Positions 1 to 11,616 are shown, numbered from the stretch's first letter. The stretch is DNA of 23,285 nucleotides from Vicugna vicugna (GCA_013265495.1 MU058139.1:434001-457285), one strand, 5' to 3'. Notes: generated by a model not told the origin, from the letters alone. A program made the numbers and translations.

Positions 1-1929
1 GTTCTGCTTTTCCCTGTCTCCCGCATCACTTCCCACCGAACCCCAGGCAGCCGCTGAAATTCTATGTGTATAGTTTTGCCTTTTCCAGAGCCTGGTGTAG
101 GTGAAGTCCTGTAGTATGTAACCTTCACAGAAAGGCTTCTTTTACTTAGCAATATGCATTCAAGTTTCTTCTGTCTTTGCTTGGCATGATAGCTGGTGTG
201 TTTTGATTATTGAATAACCTTTCATTGTCTGGATGCACCAGTTTGTTGATCCTTTCACCTGTTAGAGGACTTCTTGGTTGCTTCCAAATTGTTAGTTATG
301 AGTAAAGCTGCTATAAACATCTGTGCGCAGATTTTTGTGCGAACAAATTTTTTTGACTCCTTTAGGTAAATGCGAAGGAAAATGATCGCTGGGTTGAATG
401 GTAAGAATCTGTTTGGTGTAAACTATCTTCCAAAGTGGCTGCACTGTTTTGCATATCCCCCAGCAGTGAATGAGGGTTCCTGTTGCTTCACATCCCTGCC
501 AGAATTTGGTGGTGTCAGTTGTGTGGATTTCAGTCATTCTAATAAATGTATACTGGTATCTTGTTTTAGTGTGGAGTTCATTAATGGCATCTGATGTGGA
601 AATAAGCTTATTTGCCACCTGTATATCTTCTTTGATGAGGTGTCTGTTAAGCTTTTTGGCCCATTTTTTAATTGGGTGGTTTGTTTTCTTACTGTTGACT
701 TTTTAAAGTTCTTTGTGTATTTTTTTAAATTGAAGTACAGTCAATTACAATGTATCAATTTCTGGTGTATAGCACAATGTCTCAGTCATGCATATACATA
801 TATATAATTCGTTTTCATTTTTTTTTCCATTGAAGGTTATTACAAGATATAGTTCCCTATACTGTACAAAAGAAACTTAATAAAAGTCAATTTATATATA
901 CAGTGGCTAACATTTATAAATCTCAGACTCCCAAATTTATCCCCTCCCACTTCCTTTCCCTAGTAACCATAAGATTGTTTACTATGTCTGTGAGTCTGTT
1001 TTGTAGATGAGTTCATGGTGTCTTTTTTTTTTTAAGAGTCCATGTATGAGTGATATCATATGGTATTTTTCTTTCTCTTTCTGGTTTAATTCACTTAGAA
1101 TGACGATCTTTAGGTCCATCCATGTTTCTGCAAATGGCATTATTTATTTTAGTCTTTTTTAGGGCTGAGTAGTATTCCATTGTATAAATATACTACAATT
1201 TCTTTATCATGTCATCTGGTTCTTTGTGTATTTTGGAAGGAGGTCCCACACCAAATATATGTTGTGTAAAAATTTTGTCTCAGTCTATGACTTTTTTTCC
1301 CTTATTGTTAATATTGTCTTTCACAGAGGAGAAATTTTTCATTTTAATCAAGTCACAGTTAATGCTTTTTTTTTTTTTTTTGATAGTGCTTTTGGTGGTG
1401 GATCTGAGAAGTCATCACCAGATCAAGGGCTGCTTAGATTTTCTGCTGTCTTGTATTCTGGGACTTAATCCTTTTATATTTCACATTTAGGTCTCTGAAC
1501 GATTTTGAGTTAATGTTTGTCAAAGGTGTAAGTTCTGTGTCTAGATTCTTTTTTTTTTTGGTAAATGTCAAATTCCAGCCCCATTTGTTGAAAAGATTAT
1601 CCCTTTTCCATTGAATTGCTTTTGCTCCTTTGTCAGAGATCAGTTGACTGTATTTGTGTGGATCTATTTCTGGGCTCTCTCCTGTTCCATTGATCTATTT
1701 GTGTGTTTCTTTCACCAATTGCTGGCTATGGATTTCTAGTAAGTTTTGAGTTGGATCATGCCAATTTTCTGAGTTTGTTTTTCTTTTTCAGTATTTTATT
1801 GGCTATTCTGGGTCACTGGGCTTTCCATATAAACTTCAGAATCAGTTTGTCGACATTCACAAAATAAACTTGCTATGATTTTCATTGAGACTGCATTTAA
1901 TCTCTAGATCAAGTTAGGAAGAACTGACT
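1..1929 (-). mobile_element. Old L1 (L1M-type) ORF2 C-terminus and 3' region, antisense to RSU1, interrupted by a younger L1 at 724-1218
   Basis: The minus ORF 292-618 reads TRYQYTFIRMTEI…WQGCEATGTLIHCWGICKTVQPLWK, matching the L1 ORF2p C-terminal motif (TMRYHLTPVRMAII…[26 protein letters not shown]). T-rich antisense ORF2-like sequence resumes at 1219 and runs to ~1929. Confidence 0.85.
724..1218 (-). mobile_element. Younger 5'-truncated cetartiodactyl/camelid-type L1 3' end with perfect 16-bp TSD
   Basis: T-tail followed by aattgaagtacagtc…agttccctatactgtaca…ggtatttttctttctctttctgg…agtagtattccattg. The TSD gttctttgtgtatttt is at 708-723 and 1219-1234. Confidence 0.9.
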
Positions 1930-2160
1930 GGCCAGGGGTGGGACTGAAATCAAAGTTCCAGCCCTCTATTCACAGGGCTGGCTGCCCTGGCCACCATCCT
2001 CCATCCTTAGAAACTTCCCAAAGCCACCTTATAAACATAACAAAGACACCTTTGTTGCTCTCTTCGCCTAAGAAATTCCCAGGGTTTTCTGAGCTTTGTG
2101 GCAGAATAGAGAAGACCACCAAATATATTCATGTTTCTTACTATAAATCACAGAGTCACA
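1930..2160. mobile_element. MER21-like LTR fragment (ERV-derived)
   Basis: ggggtgggactgaaatcaaagttccagccctctattcaca…gaaattcccagggtttt…ccaaatatatt…atcacagagtcaca resembles the recalled MER21 terminal segment ending in …TCACA. Confidence 0.65.
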
Positions 2161-2671
2161 CTTGGTCTCTGTTTTTCCTTTCTCGCTCAGTTTGGATTCC
2201 AGCTCCTGGAGGGAGCCCTAGGTGGTCAATTTTCAGGTCCCAGGGGCTGGACGTCCCATCAGCTCTTCCCAGAGGCCCTCCTCTGTTGGGGTGGGCACAG
2301 CCCCCGACTTTCAGCATCTCCCCTGGGATAGGTCAGCCATGTTTTCTAGTGGATTGGTTGGCTCTTAGGGGTTCTCTGTCCCCTGGTGTTCAGGGCACCC
2401 TTTGTCTCTCCGCTTTCCCCACACAGATGCCGAGGTCATGCCGGTCCTCTGGGTTACGGTTGTTTGTTCCCACCCACTTGTATTTGGGAGCTTGTGGGGA
2501 CACTTTATCCCCTTGTTTTATTCTGAATCATGTCCTTGGGTTTTTGATGGCTCTCTAGTTACTGTCTGTTGTATGGATTCAAGATTCCGGAAGCAGGTTG
2601 TCATGCCTCCACTGTCTTCCCAAAACTCACTATTTTTTTTTTTTGAAGCACTTACTCTTTGAATTTTTTGG

Positions 2672-2840
2672 TTTTTATTGTAGTATAATCAGTTTACAAT
2701 GTTACATCAATTTCTGGCGCATGATGTTTCAGTCATACATATACACGTTAGTTTTCGTATTCTTTCTCATTATAGGTGACTACAAGATATTGAATATAGT
2801 TCCCTGTGCTATACAGAAGAAACTTGTTGTTTATCTATCA
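2672..2840 (-). mobile_element. Very short 5'-truncated L1 3'-UTR fragment, same family as 724-1218
   Basis: tttattgtagtataatcagtttacaatgtt…tacaagatattgaatatagttccctgtgctatacagaagaaac is homologous to the other L1 3' ends in the window. No clear TSD. Confidence 0.8.
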
Positions 2841-3629
2841 TTTTAATCTAAGGGTTGCAGGTTTGATGTCTGTGTTTCTTTGTTACCAGGAGGAGATGTA
2901 GGGACATGCTGTAGCGGATGAGAAAACACATACCTAGGTTTGGGTCATGGGCAGCGGACAGCTGGTGTCAGTCCAGGAGACTGGGAATCTGGGGCTGGAG
3001 GGATGGTGTCGGGCAGCAGCCGAGAGCCAGGGGCACAAACCTCGAGGCCCTGCCTGCAAGACCACATCCCGGGTGGGTGCGGGTGGGAGCTGACAGCACA
3101 GAGGTCCTCGGGTACTCAGTGGCTGTCGGAGGGTTCCAGATGCTCTGAGCTCTGAGAACCACCTGGCTCTGCGTGAGAGGGTCTAGCATTCTGACTCTTC
3201 CTGCTTCTCAAGGGGGCGTGGCCACCAGGGAAACATGGCTCTTGGGTTGAGGATAAGAAGTGTGGAGGGAGGTTGAGGTGGGGGCAGAGAGAATTGAGGA
3301 ATCAGAGACATGTCCACCATCAGCCCCTGGGAAGCAGAGAGTGCCTGTCCCCACACCACCCCGCCGCCCCCTGCCCCAGCTGCCTTGTCTGTGGGCAGGG
3401 GGTGCAAGAACTTGGCCGTATTGTCTGACGTGGAAGGCATGCACATCTGATGCTGCCCTGGCTTCATTTTGGCGGAAAAAAATGAACCTGTGGACTGACT
3501 TTTTTTGGACATCATAAAATGATATACAGTCACCCACTTGTGGGTATTTGTTTTGCTGTAGTTGATTCACCACTGAAAAATGAGGTCAGAATTAATTAGA
3601 TTCTCTCATTTGGAAACAGCTTTAAAAGG

Positions 3630-3820
3630 GTCCCCTCTGCTTACTAGCTCGGAAACCATGGGCAGGTTACCTAATCTGGTCCTCATTTTTCTCGTCTAAA
3701 ATGGGGAGGGAGGCAGGGAATAAAAGTGCTGCCATAGGATTATTGTGAGGCGTAGACGAGGTAGTGAAGTTCTTAGAACAGTGGCAACCGCATTTTAAGC
3801 CTTTGGTAAACATTAGCTCT
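3630..3820 (+). mobile_element. MIR SINE (diverged)
   Basis: ctctgcttactagct…gggcaggttacctaa…cctcatttttctcgtctaaaatgggg…cataggattattgtgagg…cttagaacagtg…taaacattagct follows the MIR core and 3' layout. Confidence 0.75.
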
Positions 3821-4239
3821 TGTTTTTACGTTAACATTTTGGATTCTAATGAGCGGCTGTGCCGTGCCCAGCCTAGTTTATTGATGTAGGAGGCATTGCA
3901 TGAATAGTAGTTCCTTCTTTTCTTCTCTGTTTTGTATGTTTCACAGGATCAAGTAATTTAATTCAGCCTTTCATTTAAAGATGAGGAATTTGCCCTTAGG
4001 AAAAAAATCCAGTAATTTCTTTTTTTTCCCCCGCTCAGGGTCTCATGGAATTATCATCTGGGTCTCGCACTGCTTGAAACTTCCTATCCTTGCTGGGCTC
4101 TCAGTCACTTTATGTGACTGTCACGTTATTCAAGATAGAAAGGGCTCTTCACATTCAAGTTTATACTCTTTACTGGTACGAACCTCCGCCGTCTGGAGAA
4201 GAAGACCCTGCCCAAGCGTGGATATTATTTTTCCAGTTT

Positions 4240-4365
4240 AGAAAGAATGAGCTCAAGATGTAGAAAGTGGAAACCTTGGTTAGAGCCTCAGTTCTGATCC
4301 GGGGGAACCTTAGAAAAATCAGTGTGCCTCTTGGCCACGGTTCCCCGACCGTCAGTTGAGGAGCT
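4240..4365 (+). mobile_element. Possible highly diverged MIR/MIR3 fragment
   Basis: agaaagaatgagct…accttggttagagcctcagttctg…accttagaaaaatca…cctcttggccacggttcccc has only loose MIR-like spacing. Confidence 0.35.
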
Positions 4366-4596
4366 TAAGCTTTTTTTCTATAACTGATTTCTAGAGCCAC
4401 GCCTGTTTTATGTGACACAAATAAAACAGTTTATGCTGGAACAATTAGTCAATATGGATAGGTAAAAAAAGAAAAAAAAAAAAAGGAAGGGGAGGAGAAA
4501 AAGGGAGGAAGACAGATGGGCAGATAAAGAATAAAGTGGATTCTGGACCTTGAAGATTTTACTAACCCTGAAAATACTTCCCAGCAGTTTCCTTTT

Positions 4597-5523
4597 TAAA
4601 ATTTTTTAATTAATTTTTTTTAATTCTAGTAGAGTTGATTTACAGTGTTGTAGATCCTGATGTACAGCATAATGATTCGGTTCTATGTATATGCACATAT
4701 ATCTCTGTATCTGTTCTTTTTCAGTTTTTTAAATTATAGGCTATTACAAGAAATTGAATGTAGTTCCCTGTGCTGTACAGTAGGACTTTGTTTTTTTTAG
4801 TCTATTTTTATATGTAATAGTGTGTACATGTTAATCCCAGGCTCCTAATTTATCCCTCCCCACTGTTTCTCCTTTGGTAAACATGAATTTATTTTGCGTC
4901 TGTGAGTCTGTTTCTGTTGTGCAAATAAGTTCACTTGTATCATTTTTTTGATCTCACATATAAATGATATCATATAATAGTTATCTTTCACTTTCTGACT
5001 TACTTCACTTAGTATGAAAATCTCTAGGTCCATTCATGTTACTGCAAATGACATTATTTCATTCTTTTTTATAGCTGACCAGTATTCCATTGTATAAATA
5101 AACCAGAGCTTCTTTATCCAGTCATCTGTCGATGACATTTAGGTTGCTTCCATGTCTTGATTATTGTAAATAGTGCTGCTGTGGACATTGGGGTGCATGT
5201 ATCTTTTTGAATTAGAGTTTCCTCCAGATATATGCCCAGGAATGGGATTGCTGGATCATACGGTAGTTCTGTTTTCAATTTTTTGAGGAATCTCCATACT
5301 GTTTTCTATAGTGGCTGCACCAAACTACATGCCCACCAGCAGTGCAGGAGGGTTCCCTTTTCTCCACGCTCTCTCCAGCATTTATCATTTGTGGACTTTT
5401 TAATGATGGCCGTTCTGACCAGTGTGAGGTGATGCCTCATTGTAGTTTTGATTTTCAGTCCTGGTAAGTGGCGATATTGAGCATCTTTTCATGTGCCTGT
5501 TGGTTTGGATGTCTTCTTTAGAT
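4597..5523 (-). mobile_element. 5'-truncated L1 (ORF2 C-terminus plus 3' UTR) with degenerate TSD
   Basis: The minus ORF 4845-5033 MDLEIFILSEVSQKVKDNYYMISFICEI matches the L1 ORF2p terminus. The TSD copies are ccagcagtttcctttt (4581-4596) and ccagcatttccctttt (5524-5539), 14/16 identical, followed by aa (TTTT/AA endonuclease site). Confidence 0.9.
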
Positions 5524-5607
5524 CCAGCATTTCCCTTTTAATGGGAGTTCCAGGTCCACTTACTCCTCATGGTGCTGATACATTCTGCCTTGTGTCAGAG
5601 TGTTTTA

Positions 5608-5716
5608 TTAAGCCCTCCTTGAGGACAACAGCTGTGTCCCCCTCATTCTGTCCCTGTCACACCAGCTAAGTATGGTACCTTGCAGACAGTTTGTAATTCA
5701 GGGAGCATTTGTTAAA
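5608..5716 (+). mobile_element. L2 LINE 3'-end fragment
   Basis: taagccctccttgaggacaacagctgtgtc…cattctgtccc…atggtaccttgca…catttgttaaa resembles the L2 3' terminus. Confidence 0.55.
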
Positions 5717-7734
5717 ACCATTCTACTTAGAACCCAAGGGCAAATAATGGCTGCGTATCTTAGGTAGCTCACTGTATTTTGCACTTTCATTCTCCCAGGC
5801 ATCTTCCGAGTTTATCATTTTTTTTTCTTGGTCTTTTTTTCTGTGAAGGGGGGACTGCAATGACCTGTTTAGACAGGAAGGATGTGGCCGCCAGTGGTCA
5901 GTAACACAGTGCTCTGGGTCTAGCATCTTTTGACTTAATGTCCCAGTGGACGCGAAGCCCCAGGTCAGTGTCCAGCTCGTGGGGATCCTCAGCACGTGTG
6001 AGTTCTCTGCTCTTACGTGTGTACAGAAGAGGTATCATGTTTTTGTCAGTCGGCATGTACGATAAATTGCTTTCTGTTGAACGAAAAAGCAATTAACTGT
6101 GGTTGAGCAACCCTCTATCTGCAAGCAGTAGAATTCAGTCAGTAACCAATTTGGGAAAGTTGCTGTTGAAGCATTTCCGACTCACCACAGTAATTAGTGG
6201 TGCAGCAAAGGAAAGCGTTCATGCTGTCATTTTTTTTTCTTAAAGTTTTAAATTACGAATGAAATTCATAAGAAATGTTTTTATGATTCTGGGTGTGTTG
6301 ATGAATATGGTATTTGTATTATATCTGGATATCAGACATTTTATTGTCTGTCTTCCCTTAAATATATTGTCAGACGCCGCATATTTAAGATCCGAATCTG
6401 TATCCTTCCACCAGGGGTGAAATAACTTCAGCCCTGAGACACGGGCAGGAGTTTTAATCATGCCTCCTGGAGACGGAAGACCCACACTGGTCAGCGTGGC
6501 TTCCTGGTGCTGACACGCGGCCGTGTCCCACCTCTCTGCGGCGTCTTCAAATCAGGGTTATTTAGGACTGTCGCTTTTTCTAGCCTTCTGGGAGCCAAAA
6601 TGGAAGAGCCTTTTGGACCATCCTGTATTTTAAGTTCAAATTAATTCTGCTTTGTAGTCAACAACTTTGGGAGGAATTGAATTAATAGAGGGCACAGTTT
6701 GCAGTGTAATCTGCAGGGCTGCACAGAATTTGAATGATGTCCCCTGGAAAAGTCAAACGTGACCTTCTCTGAACATCCCAGGAGCTGTGGTGGCTGTTCT
6801 TCCAATGCAATATTTGGTACCACAAGAGCCGTCAAAAAAGAGGTACACCATTTACCTTCTGATGGTAGCCGTGTTTTTCTGGTTGCTTCCATGGAAACAC
6901 AGTGTGTGAAATGAACTGACGGTTGCAATCCAGTTTTTTGGGACCAGCGTGACAGAATCTTCCATATGGAACCCAAAGATGGCCAGTTCTGACCCGTGAC
7001 AAGATGGCAGAGAATTTCAGCTCCCACATCTGTGTGTTTCCAAGTCTCATTCCTTCCCCTTGTCTCACCCTGGCTGTGTTTCTTTTTTCCCTCTGGAGAT
7101 AAATGTCATTCTGTGAAGCTAGAACTTTTTTACCCTCTCTCAAGTGCGACCAGAGGAATAATTTGCTTCTAATTCGCCAACTTGAAAGCTGTAGCTACAG
7201 TTTCCAGTGTGGCACGTCATGGCGGTGTGTTGAGTTATTCTGAAAGCAAGTCTGTGGTGTCATCTTATGGGGGTTTAATCATGTTTACTTCTCTTTTCTC
7301 CTGCTGCCTACTTTAAGCTGAAGGAGGAAAGAAAAAACCGAACCTATTTTAAATAGTAATACTTACTTCCTTGTGTTACTGAGAAATGATGATTCTTTTT
7401 CTAGGTGTGCTTAGCTCATCCTTTGATTTTTCTGAATTTGCTCTGTTATAATCCTGGCTGCCCCGCCCAGTCCTGTGCCTCCCTGTTTTCCATCTCTTTG
7501 CTCAGATAATCATAGAATTGCTTCCATAACCTCCAGTTTCCATACGTTTTCCGAGTCCAGTTTCACTGCCTCCCGTACCCCTTACCTTAAAGCATTTTCA
7601 GACATGTCATCTCACAGTAAGTGACGTCTCCTGACCAGCCATTCATTATCCTTTCAGATACGCTTCTCTTCTGTCCACGATCCCTCTCTACCTTGCCGTT
7701 TAGGGTTTGGGTGCATATTCTCTGTTCCCTAAAT

Positions 7735-7838
7735 TGAGTGACTGTATGATTTGTCATCCAAACCAGGACAGTTTTGAGAGGGACAGCAGGCGTAATCCAA
7801 GACTGTCCCTGTCTGATTGAGGATGTATGGTTGACGTT
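7735..7838 (+). mobile_element. MER94-like (hAT-Blackjack) non-autonomous DNA transposon with internal deletion
   Basis: gagtgactgtatgatttgtcatccaaaccaggacagttttgagag…ggacagcaggcgtaatccaagactgtccc…ggatgtatggttgac follows the recalled MER94 consensus (AGGGTGACCATATAATTTATCGTCCAAACCGGGACACTTTTGAGAG…GGACAACAGGCGTAAACCGGGACTGTCCC…GGACGTATGGTCACCCT). Confidence 0.7.
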
Positions 7839-9149
7839 GCTTCTCAAAGGATCTCCAGGGTGGAGATTATCGGCACTGGGCTCCTGGCAAACATCCAGTC
7901 CACCATCGCCTGAGTGGTCCTTGGTTGAAATTATTGAACGAACCAGTTCCTTTTTGAGCTTTTAGGATTTTCCTGCTGACTTCCTCCTTGGCTAGAGAAG
8001 AAACCACTGTGAATCTTATACACAGTGCCAGCCTCCTCACCCTACCCCTGTGCCCGCTTCCCCTACAAACACATCTCTCCCCACAGCTTTCTTCCCCCCT
8101 GTTCATTTTGTCCTAATAACCGTGTTCACCCAAATCCCATCCTGAAGGCTGGAGGCAGAATGACAGCCAAGGCAGGGAAACATGTAACTGTGTACCATCA
8201 GCATGTTTTCTTAGTTACTTAGCTGACTTTGGGAAATCCGTTCTACTTTGAGAATGCCTGGGCAAAACTCAGCTTACAGTATTTCTTCAGGAGTTTTAAT
8301 AACAGTTTGTTCACATGTTCTGGTGCCTCAACTTCCTGACAGTTGATGGCCAAGCAGGACCCCGCAGTGTGACGGTCCCGTGGGGAGGTTCCCGGTGTGT
8401 GATGAAGGTGATCATTCAGGTCGGTGGATGCAGCCTGACTCCATTTTGCTGCTACGTTGGATTAGGGCAGCTTTTGTACTTTGAAATAATCCGTTCTATT
8501 TCCATAGACCTTTTCTCCTTTTTTCAAATTTTACCAGTGCTGTTTCCATAGGTGACACACAGTGAACTCACTGGAAGGAAAGGGCGGGTCGTGTGAATAC
8601 GTCTGTCGCTACTTGCTCTTAGCCTGTCGCAGGCTTTGTGCTGGATTCTGGGGTTTCCATTCTGTCCAACTTAACTGCTCTGCCCGCAGACCCACCCCAG
8701 AGTCCTTTGTTGCCTTAACTATTTCCTCAAAGATCTTTTATGAACTTTTTCTCCCCTTTTACCTACACTTGCATGTAGCCCTGTGGCAATAATGAGAGAG
8801 AAAAACATTCTAGTGGTGTGATTAGGTGAAATAACAAATAAATTTCCCTCCTTTATTAAAAAAAGATCCAAAGTTCTTCACTTTGTTTCCTGCTGAACAC
8901 TTGTTGAAAAGACATAGTGGAATGGTGGAAAAGAACCGACTCTCCCTAATTAAAGCTCTCATTGTGAGTGTTAACTGGGAGGCGAGCAAAATTTTTTCTT
9001 TTTCATTACGGTACTTGTGATATTTTAGGAAAAAATTAAGGCAGGAGGATATTGGATTATCAAGGTTTTCCTGTAGTCACATTTGATATCTGTGACATTC
9101 AGATGGAGTGGCCTGCTGGTGTGAGAGGCTGCTGGTTGTCTGCCGGTCC

Positions 9150-9545
9150 CCGTTTGCCCCATCTTTGCTAGTTATAAAACCCCTAATTCTATCTGGCACA
9201 CGATCACTTGGAATGGAGACTACATTTCCCCACCTCCTGTGCAGCTAGGCATCACTGTATTACAAAATGTTGATTAATTGTTTTAAGTGGAAGTGCCACG
9301 TGCAATTTCTTTAAAGTATCCTCAAGGAGGAAAGCTTTTTCCCCCCTTCCTGTTTTCCTGAAGGGACTGCAGATGTGATGGCTAAGCTCAGGCAGCCATT
9401 TTGGAACATGGAGGGTGGGATCCACGCACTGGGGGCGGTTGGCCACAAGATGCCAGGAACCTCTGCATTGTCCTTGTGTAAGTGAGAGAGGAATGCCTGT
9501 TATTTTTGGTTTGCTCTCACAATGGAGCTGACCGTCACCTCAGCT
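9150..9545 (+). mobile_element. LTR16/LTR33-like ancient ERVL LTR
   Basis: Contains the characteristic motifs gactacatttcccc…tgcagctagg and gatgtgatggctaagctcaggcagccattttggaacatg. Boundaries are approximate. Confidence 0.6.
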
Positions 9546-10684
9546 TGTATGTCTGAGAATCTGTTTCATCTTTTTGGTATGAGGGCAGCTCTTGGAGATT
9601 CTTTTTGTTTCCTGTCAGACTATATACCTCAGAGATAAAGGATGCTTTATTTGGTGGACAAGAACAGTCTTATCTTTTATAAATACTAATGCGTGAGATG
9701 TTATGCAATGTCTAAAATTGAACTTGCCAGGTAAGAAGCCATCATGGTGATGCTTGTAAAACCCACAGAAATGCTTTTCTCCTCTGCTTTGCTCTTCTCT
9801 TCCTCCTCTCCTAAGGGTTCAAGCCCAAAGCCAGTAAGTATGACCGAAAAAGAGAGGCATTCAGGGATGTGGGTGGTGGGCCTGGTGGCCCAGAGCCAGA
9901 CGTGGGACCAGGAGTCGGGTGAGGAGAGTGTCTGTGTCTGTGTGGGGTGGAGAGGTGGAGGAGCACGTGAGGAGGGTGAGTGGGACAGAGTGCGAAGGGT
10001 GTCCCCATCGGAAGAAAGAGGGCGGGGTGATAGGTTTCTGCATTACTACACTGGTTGGGTAGTTGAAAGCCCTTAAAAGGTCCCCCAGAGCCCACTCACA
10101 CAGGACATAGTTTAGCAGGGTTAAGACAGCACAGCCTGACGTCAGCGGTCCCAGAGGCTCACTGGTGCAGCCCCCCACCCACTACCCCCACCCCCAGGCT
10201 TGTTTCTTACTTGTTCAGGACATACTTTGTCTCCAGGTATGAACCTTCAAGGTATGTTTGAGGAATGTGGGTTTTGGGGGTGCCCGGGAAGATAACGTCC
10301 AGAGGTGTCTTCTGCACCCGACTGGCCAGGTGCCTGTAGCCTCATGTAAGCCAACGATCTGCACGTTCCTGAACTTGTGAACTAAAGTTTGCACATCTCA
10401 AGCTCGCCTGCTCATGCTGGTCTTGAGCCAGGATCAGTACCAGACTTCTGGGGGACCCAGTCCAGTGCTGAGACAACTGTAGTTAAGTGTAGGGGTATCT
10501 ATTGCAGACTTAACTAGATTAAACATAAGGGAAGCCAGAGTTCTCGCTATTAGAGAAGGAAATTACGAATAGGAAAGGGGGAAAATGAGAATCAGCTGTG
10601 TGATGTTGTATTGGAATTGGTCTATTGTCTATTGGTGTGAATTTGTGATTTTCAGTTAATGTAAATAGTGAAATCAGTGTAGGG

Positions 10685-10700
10685 GTGTGTGTGTGTGTGT
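10685..10700. repeat. (GT)8 microsatellite
   Basis: gtgtgtgtgtgtgtgt. Confidence 0.9.
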
Positions 10701-10807
10701 AGTTTTTCTAGTTCTGTCCACTCAGAGGAGCTGGGAACACTGAGCCCCCAGATAGCAATGAGCACATCTGGTGCCCAGATTTGGGCTTAAAAATAACATT
10801 TTCCACC

Positions 10808-10836
10808 AAAACAAACAAACAAACAAACAAAAACAA
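10808..10836. repeat. (AAAC)n simple repeat
   Basis: aaaacaaacaaacaaacaaacaaaaacaa. Confidence 0.85.
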
Positions 10837-11104
10837 GCAGAGCTCATTAGAGGAACAGTTAATTGATTCCAGGGTTGTGGCAGCAAGAGTCCAAAATGAA
10901 TTTGACTGTCTCTTGCCAGAAAACACGGAAGTTCTCGAAAGAGCCATGGGAACATGTCAAAAGGACTTAGGGAGCAGCTGGGATGGGCTACCAACTGGCC
11001 AAATCAGAGGTCATGATGAACATCATCATAATCTGAGAAAAATTATGTAACCAATTGACTGCTGTAAGAAACCACGAAGCCATGCAGTAGCAATAAATAC
11101 AGCA

Positions 11105-11350
11105 GCAGCAACTCCACTGATGTTGTGGCCTGGATAATTCTTTCCTGACTGGGCCGCCTGGTGCGTTGCAGGATTTAGCAGCGTTTCCCTACCCGCTACT
11201 TGCCACTGCTTTAGACCAGTGCTGTCCAACAGAAATACAATGCAAGCCACATGTGCAAGTTTAGATTTCCTGGTGGCCATAGTTAGAATGTCTCCAGATG
11301 TTACCTCATGTCCTGTGAGGGTCAAAATTGCCCCCTTTTGGGGACCATGA
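11105..11350 (-). mobile_element. MER20 (hAT-Charlie) DNA transposon, interrupted
   Basis: cactgatgttgtggcctggataattcttt…gttgcaggatttagcagcgt… and aatgtctccagatgttacc…tgtcc…caaaattgccccc…gaccatg match the reverse complement of MER20. Confidence 0.7.
11217..11285 (+). mobile_element. MER33/MER3-type (hAT-Charlie) left-end fragment nested in MER20
   Basis: cagtgctgtccaacagaaatacaatgcaagccacatgtgcaagtttagatttcctggtggcca matches the recalled MER33 start CAGCGCTGTCCAATAGAAATATAATGCGAGCCACATATGTAATTTTAAATTTTCTAGTAGCCAC. Confidence 0.7.
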
Positions 11351-11616
11351 AACATGTAGAACAAGATTTTATTGGTTTCAAAGTATCCTCGCTTCCCTCT
11401 TCCCCACCAATTTTTTTTTTTTTTTACTAATTACAAAGGGGAAAAGAATAAATTTACAGTGGAGCAGCCTGGTAGACATAAGTAACTGAGAGATCAGTGA
11501 TAGGACAGATGGAAACCTTGTGTCAGTTGATAGGATGCGGTGAGAAGAAGACAGCATTTCCTTAGTATCGCTGCCAGGGATGCATAACCTAAATCTAATC
11601 AGGAATAAACAAAGGG

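Noticed and set aside
292..618. ORFs with L1 ORF2p similarity (also 4845-5033, 11804-12088, 17713-17940)
   Set aside because: These are truncated, frameshifted retrotransposon remnants, annotated as mobile elements rather than genes.
1938..2558. Longest ORF (206 aa)
   Set aside because: It starts at GTG inside a MER21-like LTR, has no recognisable domain and no splice support, so it is most likely a chance ORF.
2161..2640. Possible very old L1 5' or other ancient repeat
   Set aside because: The resemblance is too weak to assign without an HMM search.
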